From Macrostomum lignano (Eukaryota): DNA of 59,108 nucleotides. Made by a program: the position numbers and the translations under genes. Positions 36,001 to 44,300 of the stretch are shown here, one piece after another. Each line of letters begins with the position of its first letter. Position 1 is the stretch's first letter. The DNA lies in NCBI GenBank assembly GCA_002269645.1, contig NIVC01002625.1, positions 1-59,108 on the forward strand, in the 5' to 3' direction. Under the pieces are notes generated by a model, which did not search any database, was not told the origin of the DNA, and saw only the letters and a list, made by a program, of their open reading frames with translations.

Positions 36001-37400
36001 TTCTTCGTCGGCCTGAACAATCTCGTCGACCTTGAATTGATCGTCTTCGAATCGGCGCTCCGCTCTTGCAATGTCGCGGCGAGCGCGCTCATCGCGACGT
36101 CGTCGTTCGCGGCGACGGTGGCTCACGAGCTCTTCTGGAGACTCGGATTCTCGCTCTTTCGCTCTTAACTTTTCTTTGATGATAAAAATTAGTTCTTTTT
36201 GGATCTCGCTGGCCTCGCGCGCTTCTAACTCTGTCATCGATCAAATCAGTTGGTGTCGCACGTCCTCGTCTACCAGTACTTCTTCGTCGGCCTGAACAAT
36301 CTCGTCGACCTTGAATTGATCGTCTTCGAATCGGCGCTCCGCTCTTGCAATGTCGCGGCGAGCGCGCTCATCGCGACGTCGTCGTTCGCGGCGACGGTGG
36401 CTCACGAGCTCTTCTGGACGCGCGGCTTCTCGCTTCGCTCGCTCTGGCGCCTTCAACTCGTTTCTTTGATTGATTAGTTCCTCTTCGATCTCGCTGGCCT
36501 CGCGATCTTCTAATACTTTGTCGTCGAACAGGTCTATCTGGTGTCGCACGTCCTCGTCTACCAGTACTTCTTCGTCGGCCTGAACAATCTCGTCGACCTT
36601 GAATTGATCGTCTTCGAATCGGCGCTCCGCTCTTGCAATGTCGCGGCGAGCGCGCTCATCGCGACGTCGTCGTTCGCGGCGACGGTGGCTCACGAGCTCT
36701 TCTGGACGCGCGGCTTCTCTCGCTCTGGCTCTCGCCTTCAACTCGTCTTCTTTGCGCATGGATTAGTTCTCTTCGATCTCGCTGGCCTCGCGCTTCTAAT
36801 ACTTGTCATCGAACATCATCTGGTGTCGCACGTCCTCGTCTACCAGTACTTCTTCGTCGGCCTGAACAATCTCGTCGACCTTGAATTGATCGTCTTCGAA
36901 TCGGCGCTCCGCTCTTGCAATGTCGCGGCGAGCGCGCTCATCGCGACGTCGTCGTTCGCGGCGACGGTGGCTCACGAGCTCTTCTGGACGCGCGGCTTCT
37001 CGCTCTCGCTCGCTCTGGCGCCTTCAACTCGTCTTCTTTGCGCATTGGAGGCAGCTCCTCTTCGATCTCGCTGGCCTCGCGATCTTCTAATACTTTGTCG
37101 TCGAACAGGTCTATCTGGTGTCGCACGTCCTCGTCTACCAGTACTTCTTCGTCGGCCTGAACAATCTCGTCGACCTTGAATTGATCGTCTTCGAATCGGC
37201 GCTCCGCTCTTGCAATGTCGCGGCGAGCGCGCTCATCGCGACGTCGTCGTTCGCGGCGACGGTGGCTCACGAGCTCTTCTGGAGACTCGGATTCTCGCTC
37301 TTTCGCTTTTAACTTTTCTTTGATGATAAAAATTAGTTCTTTTTGGATCTCGCTGGCCTCTGCGCACTCTCTCAGTACTCCAGTTCGTGTCGCACGTCCT
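1..37400 (-). CDS. Putative giant repetitive E/R/D-rich protein region (99-aa repeat), partial at both ends; frameshifts probably consensus errors
   Basis: The minus frame reads VRHQIDLFDDKVLEDREASEIEEDLPPMRKEDELKAPEREREREAARQEELVSHRRRERRRRDERARRDIARAERRFEDDQFKVDEIVQADEEVLVDED with no stop in the unit. Clean unit lengths (297/291/282) are all multiples of 3, and variants differ by synonymous or conservative changes in this frame. The ORF-track M starts are internal GTG codons, not real starts. Confidence 0.72.
2666..10028. repeat. Sub-region containing 291-bp units (in-frame loss of Leu-Val)
   Basis: gtctacttcttcgtcgg replaces gtctaccagtacttcttcgtcgg at ~2886, 3177, 4644, 6124 and 9957. Unit spacing is 291 (2666-2957-3248; 4425-4716; 5904-6195; 9737-10028). 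The protein reads EEVDEDV instead of EEVLVDEDV. Confidence 0.85.
20272..24267 (-). CDS. Longest uninterrupted array-1 segment (1331 codons, ~13 repeats); a fragment, not a separate gene
   Basis: ORF track. Bounded by a 1-bp deletion at ~20345 (ccgccttgca) and a 1-bp deletion at ~24277 (tcttctgacg). Similar fragments: 17303-20263, 12654-14921, 8178-10241, 4156-6705. Confidence 0.6.
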   Translation of the reverse strand: MSHRRRERRRRDERARRDIARAERRFEDDQFKVDEIVQADEEVLVDEDVRHQIDLFDDKVLEDREASEIEEELPPMRKEDELKAPEREREREAARQEELVSHRRRERRRRDERARRDIARAERRFEDDQFKVDEIVQADEEVLVDEDVRHQIDLFDDKVLEDREASEIEEDLPPMRKEDELKAPEREREREAARQEELVSHRRRERRRRDERARRDIARAERRFEDDQFKVDEIVQADEEVLVDEDVRHQIDLFDDKVLEDREASEIEEELPPMRKEDELKAPEREREREAARQEELVSHRRRERRRRDERARRDIARAERRFEDDQFKVDEIVQADEEVLVDEDVRHQIDLFDDKVLEDREASEIEEDLPPMRKEDELKAPEREREREAARQEELVSHRRRERRRRDERARRDIARAERRFEDDQFKVDEIVQADEEVLVDEDVRHQIDLFDDKVLEDREASEIEEDLPPMRKEDELKAPEREREREAARQEELVSHRRRERRRRDERARRDIARAERRFEDDQFKVDEIVQADEEVLVDEDVRHQIDLFDDKVLEDREASEIEEDLPPMRKEDELKAPEREREREAARQEELVSHRRRERRRRDERARRDIARAERRFEDDQFKVDEIVQADEEVLVDEDVRHQIDLFDDKVLEDREASEIEEDLPPMRKEDELKAPEREREREAARQEELVSHRRRERRRRDERARRDIARAERRFEDDQFKVDEIVQADEEVLVDEDVRHQIDLFDDKVLEDREASEIEEDLPPMRKEDELKAPEREREREAARQEELVSHRRRERRRRDERARRDIARAERRFEDDQFKVDEIVQADEEVLVDEDVRHQIDLFDDKVLEDREASEIEEDLPPMRKEDELKAPEREREREAARQEELVSHRRRERRRRDERARRDIARAERRFEDDQFKVDEIVQADEEVLVDEDVRHQIDLFDDKVLEDREASEIEEDLPPMRKEDELKAPEREREREAARQEELVSHRRRERRRRDERARRDIARAERRFEDDQFKVDEIVQADEEVLVDEDVRHQIDLFDDKVLEDREASEIEEDLPPMRKEDELKAPEREREREAARQEELVSHRRRERRRRDERARRDIARAERRFEDDQFKVDEIVQADEEVLVDEDVRHQIDLFDDKVLEDREASEIEEDLPPMRKEDELKAPEREREREAARQEELVSHRRRERRRRDERARRDIARAERRFEDDQFKVDEIVQADEEVLVDEDVRHQIDLFDDKVLEDREASEIEEDLPPMRKEDELKAPEREREREAARQEELVSHRRRERRRRDERARRDIARRSADSKTINSRSTRLFRPTKKYW
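30455..35880. repeat. Units of a second 297-bp allele (A-prime: KAPEPERKLEAARPEE)
   Basis: ggacgcgcggcttctagctttcgctctggctctggcgcc occurs cleanly at ~30.46, 30.76, 32.71 and 33.86 kb, and nearly so at ~33.57 and 35.84 kb. In frame in ORFs 30155-31090 and 32399-33121. Confidence 0.8.
33000..37360. repeat. Units of a 282-bp (94-aa) variant B interspersed with 297-bp units
   Basis: Spacing 34270 to 34552 is 282 bp. The variable part reads QLDLIDDAELEAREASEIQKELIFIIKEKLKAKERESESPEE. ORFs 33814-34707 and 35254-36237 stay open across A-type/B boundaries. Confidence 0.85.
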
Positions 37401-38345
37401 CGTCTACCAGTACTTCTTCGTCGGCCTTGAATCTCGTCTTCTGCGCTCTTCTTGAATCGGCGCCGCTCTTCGAGTCGAGCGCGCTCTTCGCGACGTCGTC
37501 GCTTCGGCGCACGCTCGCTCTACCAGTCGCTTCTTTCGGCCTCGATCTCTCGCCTGAACTTCTCTTCTCGCGCGCTCTCTTGCATCGGCACGCTCTCTCG
37601 TCGTCTTTGCGATCTTCGACGCTCTTTCAAGCTCTCACGTCGTCTCGGTTCTCTTCTCGATCTTCGTGGCCTCGAAAATCTCGCGCAGATCTTCTCTGCA
37701 TCTGGTGTCACGTCTTCGAATCGGCGAGCTCTCTTCGCGACGCTCTTGCGCTCGAGCTCTCACGCTCGCTCTACGGTGGCTCGCTCTTCTCGGCTTCTTA
37801 TTCGCTCTTTCAACTCAATCTTCTTCTTCTCGCGGGCGCATCTGGTGCGTCTCGTCGTCGGCCTGAACAATCTCGTCGACCTTGAATTGATCGTCTTCGA
37901 ATCGGCGCTCCGCTCTTGCGCGGCGAGCGCGCTCACGCGACTCGTCGTTCGGCGACGGTGGCTCGAGCTCTTCTGGGATCGGATTCTTCTTCGCTTTTAA
38001 CTCGTCTTTTCTCGCTCTCGCGCGCTTCTAACTCTCTCATCCAGTTGGTGTCGCACGTCCTCGTCTGGGCCTGAACAATCTCTCGCTGAATTGATCTCTT
38101 CGAATCGCGCTCCGCTCTTGCAAGCGGCGAGCGCGCTCATCGCCGTCGTCCGGCGACGGTGGTCGAGCTCTTCTGCGGCTTCTTCTTCGCTTTCTAACTC
38201 GAAAAGTCTTTTCTCCTCTCGCCGCCAACTCTTCTCCTGCCAGCTTACAGCTCTCTCGAATCGCCTCTTTGACACTCTTCGTCGAATCTTGTCTTCGTCT
38301 CTCAAACAGTCGCGTAAAGCCAAGTCGTCTCTTTTCTTTTATCTC
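37360..38345. other. Scrambled junction between the arrays (probable consensus/polishing artefact over an unresolved linker)
   Basis: Built of short shuffled pieces of the array-1 unit (e.g. gtcgcacgtcctcgtctaccagtacttcttcgtcggcc, gcctgaacaatctcgtcgaccttgaattgatcg). It grades from ~38200 into degraded array-2 pieces (ttctcctctcgccgcca). No stable period. Confidence 0.65.
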
Positions 38346-41300
38346 AACAGCCTCGAAGAAGTGCTTCTTCTCCTCTCGCCGCCAGAGCTCTTCCTCCCTA
38401 GCCAGTGCTGGTGGTACACGCTCCTCCTCGAAGTGGGCCGCCTCCTCCTCCCAGCTGACGCACTCTTCCGCGTACACGTACATCTTGTCGAAGGCTTCGT
38501 GCTCCTGCAACAAGCCTCGCTCATCAGGCACTGGCAGGTCGGCTTCTTCTGCGGATGGCTTCTTCTTCGCCTCTTCCTCAACGGCCTCGAAGAAGTGCTT
38601 CTTCTCCTCTCGCCGCCAGAGCTCTTCCTCCCTAGCCAGTGCTGGTGGTACACGCTCCTCCTCGAAGTGGGCCGCCTCCTCCTCCCAGCTGACGCACTCT
38701 TCCGCGTACACGTACATCTTGTCGAAGGCTTCGTGCTCCTGCAACAAGCCTCGCTCATCAGGCACTGGCAGGTCGGCTTCTTCTGCGGATGGCTTCTTCT
38801 TCGCCTCTTCCTCAACGGCCTCGAAGAAGTGCTTCTTCTCCTCTCGCCGCCAGAGCTCTTCCTCCCTAGCCAGTGCTGGTGGTACACGCTCCTCCTCGAA
38901 GTGGGCCGCCTCCTCCTCCCAGCTGACGCACTCTTCCGCGTACACGTACATCTTGTCGAAGGCTTCGTGCTCCTGCAACAAGCCTCGCTCATCAGGCACT
39001 GGCAGGTCGGCTTCTTCTGCGGATGGCTTCTTCTTCGCCTCTTCCTCAACGGCCTCGAAGAAGTGCTTCTTCTCCTCTCGCCGCCAGAGCTCTTCCTCCC
39101 TAGCCAGTGCTGGTGGTACACGCTCCTCCTCGAAGTGGGCCGCCTCCTCCTCCCAGCTGACGCACTCTTCCGCGTACACGTACATCTTGTCGAAGGCTTC
39201 GTGCTCCTGCAACAAGCCTCGCTCATCAGGCACTGGCAGGTCGGCTTCTTCTGCGGATGGCTTCTTCTTCGCCTCTTCCTCAACGGCCTCGAAGAAGTGC
39301 TTCTTCTCCTCTCGCCGCCAGAGCTCTTCCTCCCTAGCCAGTGCTGGTGGTACACGCTCCTCCTCGAAGTGGGCCGCCTCCTCCTCCCAGCTGACGCACT
39401 CTTCCGCGTACACGTACATCTTGTCGAAGGCTTCGTGCTCCTGCAACAAGCCTCGCTCATCAGGCACTGGCAGGTCGGCTTCTTCTGCGGATGGCTTCTT
39501 CTTCGCCTCTTCCTCAACGGCCTCGAAGAAGTGCTTCTTCTCCTCTCGCCGCCAGAGCTCTTCCTCCCTAGCCAGTGCTGGTGGTACACGCTCCTCCTCG
39601 AAGTGGGCCGCCTCCTCCTCCCAGCTGACGCACTCTTCCGCGTACACGTACATCTTGTCGAAGGCTTCGTGCTCCTGCAACAAGCCTCGCTCATCAGGCA
39701 CTGGCAGGTCGGCTTCTTCTGCGGATGGCTTCTTCTTCGCCTCTTCCTCAACGGCCTCGAAGAAGTGCTTCTTCTCCTCTCGCCGCCAGAGCTCTTCCTC
39801 CCTAGCCAGTGCTGGTGGTACACGCTCCTCCTCGAAGTGGGCCGCCTCCTCCTCCCAGCTGACGCACTCTTCCGCGTACACGTACATCTTGTCGAAGGCT
39901 TCGTGCTCCTGCAACAAGCCTCGCTCATCAGGCACTGGCAGGTCGGCTTCTTCTGCGGATGGCTTCTTCTTCGCCTCTTCCTCAACGGCCTCGAAGAAGT
40001 GCTTCTTCTCCTCTCGCCGCCAGAGCTCTTCCTCCCTAGCCAGTGCTGGTGGTACACGCTCCTCCTCGAAGTGGGCCGCCTCCTCCTCCCAGCTGACGCA
40101 CTCTTCCGCGTACACGTACATCTTGTCGAAGGCTTCGTGCTCCTGCAACAAGCCTCGCTCATCAGGCACTGGCAGGTCGGCTTCTTCTGCGGATGGCTTC
40201 TTCTTCGCCTCTTCCTCAACGGCCTCGAAGAAGTGCTTCTTCTCCTCTCGCCGCCAGAGCTCTTCCTCCCTAGCCAGTGCTGGTGGTACACGCTCCTCCT
40301 CGAAGTGGGCCGCCTCCTCCTCCCAGCTGACGCACTCTTCCGCGTACACGTACATCTTGTCGAAGGCTTCGTGCTCCTGCAACAAGCCTCGCTCATCAGG
40401 CACTGGCAGGTCGGCTTCTTCTGCGGATGGCTTCTTCTTCGCCTCTTCCTCAACGGCCTCGAAGAAGTGCTTCTTCTCCTCTCGCCGCCAGAGCTCTTCC
40501 TCCCTAGCCAGTGCTGGTGGTACACGCTCCTCCTCGAAGTGGGCCGCCTCCTCCTCCCAGCTGACGCACTCTTCCGCGTACACGTACATCTTGTCGAAGG
40601 CTTCGTGCTCCTGCAACAAGCCTCGCTCATCAGGCACTGGCAGGTCGGCTTCTTCTGCGGATGGCTTCTTCTTCGCCTCTTCCTCAACGGCCTCGAAGAA
40701 GTGCTTCTTCTCCTCTCGCCGCCAGAGCTCTTCCTCCCTAGCCAGTGCTGGTGGTACACGCTCCTCCTCGAAGTGGGCCGCCTCCTCCTCCCAGCTGACG
40801 CACTCTTCCGCGTACACGTACATCTTGTCGAAGGCTTCGTGCTCCTGCAACAAGCCTCGCTCATCAGGCACTGGCAGGTCGGCTTCTTCTGCGGATGGCT
40901 TCTTCTTCGCCTCTTCCTCAACGGCCTCGAAGAAGTGCTTCTTCTCCTCTCGCCGCCAGAGCTCTTCCTCCCTAGCCAGTGCTGGTGGTACACGCTCCTC
41001 CTCGAAGTGGGCCGCCTCCTCCTCCCAGCTGACGCACTCTTCCGCGTACACGTACATCTTGTCGAAGGCTTCGTGCTCCTGCAACAAGCCTCGCTCATCA
41101 GGCACTGGCAGGTCGGCTTCTTCTGCGGATGGCTTCTTCTTCGCCTCTTCCTCAACGGCCTCGAAGAAGTGCTTCTTCTCCTCTCGCCGCCAGAGCTCTT
41201 CCTCCCTAGCCAGTGCTGGTGGTACACGCTCCTCCTCGAAGTGGGCCGCCTCCTCCTCCCAGCTGACGCACTCTTCCGCGTACACGTACATCTTGTCGAA

Positions 41301-44300
41301 GGCTTCGTGCTCCTGCAACAAGCCTCGCTCATCAGGCACTGGCAGGTCGGCTTCTTCTGCGGATGGCTTCTTCTTCGCCTCTTCCTCAACGGCCTCGAAG
41401 AAGTGCTTCTTCTCCTCTCGCCGCCAGAGCTCTTCCTCCCTAGCCAGTGCTGGTGGTACACGCTCCTCCTCGAAGTGGGCCGCCTCCTCCTCCCAGCTGA
41501 CGCACTCTTCCGCGTACACGTACATCTTGTCGAAGGCTTCGTGCTCCTGCAACAAGCCTCGCTCATCAGGCACTGGCAGGTCGGCTTCTTCTGCGGATGG
41601 CTTCTTCTTCGCCTCTTCCTCAACGGCCTCGAAGAAGTGCTTCTTCTCCTCTCGCCGCCAGAGCTCTTCCTCCCTAGCCAGTGCTGGTGGTACACGCTCC
41701 TCCTCGAAGTGGGCCGCCTCCTCCTCCCAGCTGACGCACTCTTCCGCGTACACGTACATCTTGTCGAAGGCTTCGTGCTCCTGCAACAAGCCTCGCTCAT
41801 CAGGCACTGGCAGGTCGGCTTCTTCTGCGGATGGCTTCTTCTTCGCCTCTTCCTCAACGGCCTCGAAGAAGTGCTTCTTCTCCTCTCGCCGCCAGAGCTC
41901 TTCCTCCCTAGCCAGTGCTGGTGGTACACGCTCCTCCTCGAAGTGGGCCGCCTCCTCCTCCCAGCTGACGCACTCTTCCGCGTACACGTACATCTTGTCG
42001 AAGGCTTCGTGCTCCTGCAACAAGCCTCGCTCATCAGGCACTGGCAGGTCGGCTTCTTCTGCGGATGGCTTCTTCTTCGCCTCTTCCTCAACGGCCTCGA
42101 AGAAGTGCTTCTTCTCCTCTCGCCGCCAGAGCTCTTCCTCCCTAGCCAGTGCTGGTGGTACACGCTCCTCCTCGAAGTGGGCCGCCTCCTCCTCCCAGCT
42201 GACGCACTCTTCCGCGTACACGTACATCTTGTCGAAGGCTTCGTGCTCCTGCAACAAGCCTCGCTCATCAGGCACTGGCAGGTCGGCTTCTTCTGCGGAT
42301 GGCTTCTTCTTCGCCTCTTCCTCAACGGCCTCGAAGAAGTGCTTCTTCTCCTCTCGCCGCCAGAGCTCTTCCTCCCTAGCCAGTGCTGGTGGTACACGCT
42401 CCTCCTCGAAGTGGGCCGCCTCCTCCTCCCAGCTGACGCACTCTTCCGCGTACACGTACATCTTGTCGAAGGCTTCGTGCTCCTGCAACAAGCCTCGCTC
42501 ATCAGGCACTGGCAGGTCGGCTTCTTCTGCGGATGGCTTCTTCTTCGCCTCTTCCTCAACGGCCTCGAAGAAGTGCTTCTTCTCCTCTCGCCGCCAGAGC
42601 TCTTCCTCCCTAGCCAGTGCTGGTGGTACACGCTCCTCCTCGAAGTGGGCCGCCTCCTCCTCCCAGCTGACGCACTCTTCCGCGTACACGTACATCTTGT
42701 CGAAGGCTTCGTGCTCCTGCAACAAGCCTCGCTCATCAGGCACTGGCAGGTCGGCTTCTTCTGCGGATGGCTTCTTCTTCGCCTCTTCCTCAACGGCCTC
42801 GAAGAAGTGCTTCTTCTCCTCTCGCCGCCAGAGCTCTTCCTCCCTAGCCAGTGCTGGTGGTACACGCTCCTCCTCGAAGTGGGCCGCCTCCTCCTCCCAG
42901 CTGACGCACTCTTCCGCGTACACGTACATCTTGTCGAAGGCTTCGTGCTCCTGCAACAAGCCTCGCTCATCAGGCACTGGCAGGTCGGCTTCTTCTGCGG
43001 ATGGCTTCTTCTTCGCCTCTTCCTCAACGGCCTCGAAGAAGTGCTTCTTCTCCTCTCGCCGCCAGAGCTCTTCCTCCCTAGCCAGTGCTGGTGGTACACG
43101 CTCCTCCTCGAAGTGGGCCGCCTCCTCCTCCCAGCTGACGCACTCTTCCGCGTACACGTACATCTTGTCGAAGGCTTCGTGCTCCTGCAACAAGCCTCGC
43201 TCATCAGGCACTGGCAGGTCGGCTTCTTCTGCGGATGGCTTCTTCTTCGCCTCTTCCTCAACGGCCTCGAAGAAGTGCTTCTTCTCCTCTCGCCGCCAGA
43301 GCTCTTCCTCCCTAGCCAGTGCTGGTGGTACACGCTCCTCCTCGAAGTGGGCCGCCTCCTCCTCCCAGCTGACGCACTCTTCCGCGTACACGTACATCTT
43401 GTCGAAGGCTTCGTGCTCCTGCAACAAGCCTCGCTCATCAGGCACTGGCAGGTCGGCTTCTTCTGCGGATGGCTTCTTCTTCGCCTCTTCCTCAACGGCC
43501 TCGAAGAAGTGCTTCTTCTCCTCTCGCCGCCAGAGCTCTTCCTCCCTAGCCAGTGCTGGTGGTACACGCTCCTCCTCGAAGTGGGCCGCCTCCTCCTCCC
43601 AGCTGACGCACTCTTCCGCGTACACGTACATCTTGTCGAAGGCTTCGTGCTCCTGCAACAAGCCTCGCTCATCAGGCACTGGCAGGTCGGCTTCTTCTGC
43701 GGATGGCTTCTTCTTCGCCTCTTCCTCAACGGCCTCGAAGAAGTGCTTCTTCTCCTCTCGCCGCCAGAGCTCTTCCTCCCTAGCCAGTGCTGGTGGTACA
43801 CGCTCCTCCTCGAAGTGGGCCGCCTCCTCCTCCCAGCTGACGCACTCTTCCGCGTACACGTACATCTTGTCGAAGGCTTCGTGCTCCTGCAACAAGCCTC
43901 GCTCATCAGGCACTGGCAGGTCGGCTTCTTCTGCGGATGGCTTCTTCTTCGCCTCTTCCTCAACGGCCTCGAAGAAGTGCTTCTTCTCCTCTCGCCGCCA
44001 GAGCTCTTCCTCCCTAGCCAGTGCTGGTGGTACACGCTCCTCCTCGAAGTGGGCCGCCTCCTCCTCCCAGCTGACGCACTCTTCCGCGTACACGTACATC
44101 TTGTCGAAGGCTTCGTGCTCCTGCAACAAGCCTCGCTCATCAGGCACTGGCAGGTCGGCTTCTTCTGCGGATGGCTTCTTCTTCGCCTCTTCCTCAACGG
44201 CCTCGAAGAAGTGCTTCTTCTCCTCTCGCCGCCAGAGCTCTTCCTCCCTAGCCAGTGCTGGTGGTACACGCTCCTCCTCGAAGTGGGCCGCCTCCTCCTC

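Larger units (their letters stand above)
1..37400. repeat. Tandem array 1: ~125-130 head-to-tail units, main period 297 bp, with 291-bp and 282-bp variants
   Basis: Equivalent ORF starts recur every 297 bp (17377, 17674, 17971, 18268...). A manual count of one unit (17581-17877) gives A38 C99 G75 T85, 58.6% GC. Nearly homogeneous from ~11.3 to 23.4 kb and increasingly variable towards 37 kb. Copy number is length divided by period, so approximate. Confidence 0.98.

Noticed and set aside
26-37312. Hundreds of 80-90-aa plus-strand ORFs (MQCRGERAH..., MSHVLVYQY...) as a tandem gene family
   Set aside because: They overlap each other, there is no room for promoters or UTRs, and they change erratically in variant units while the minus frame changes conservatively.
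30150-37400. CRISPR-like constant repeat plus variable spacer
   Set aside because: The constant part is ~165 bp, far longer than CRISPR repeats. The variable parts are homologous alleles rather than unique spacers, the whole reads in frame, and no cas genes are present.
1-37400. Pure non-coding satellite or centromeric DNA
   Set aside because: Triplet-multiple unit lengths, frame-preserving indels and synonymous bias in variant B argue for coding. An additional structural role is not excluded.
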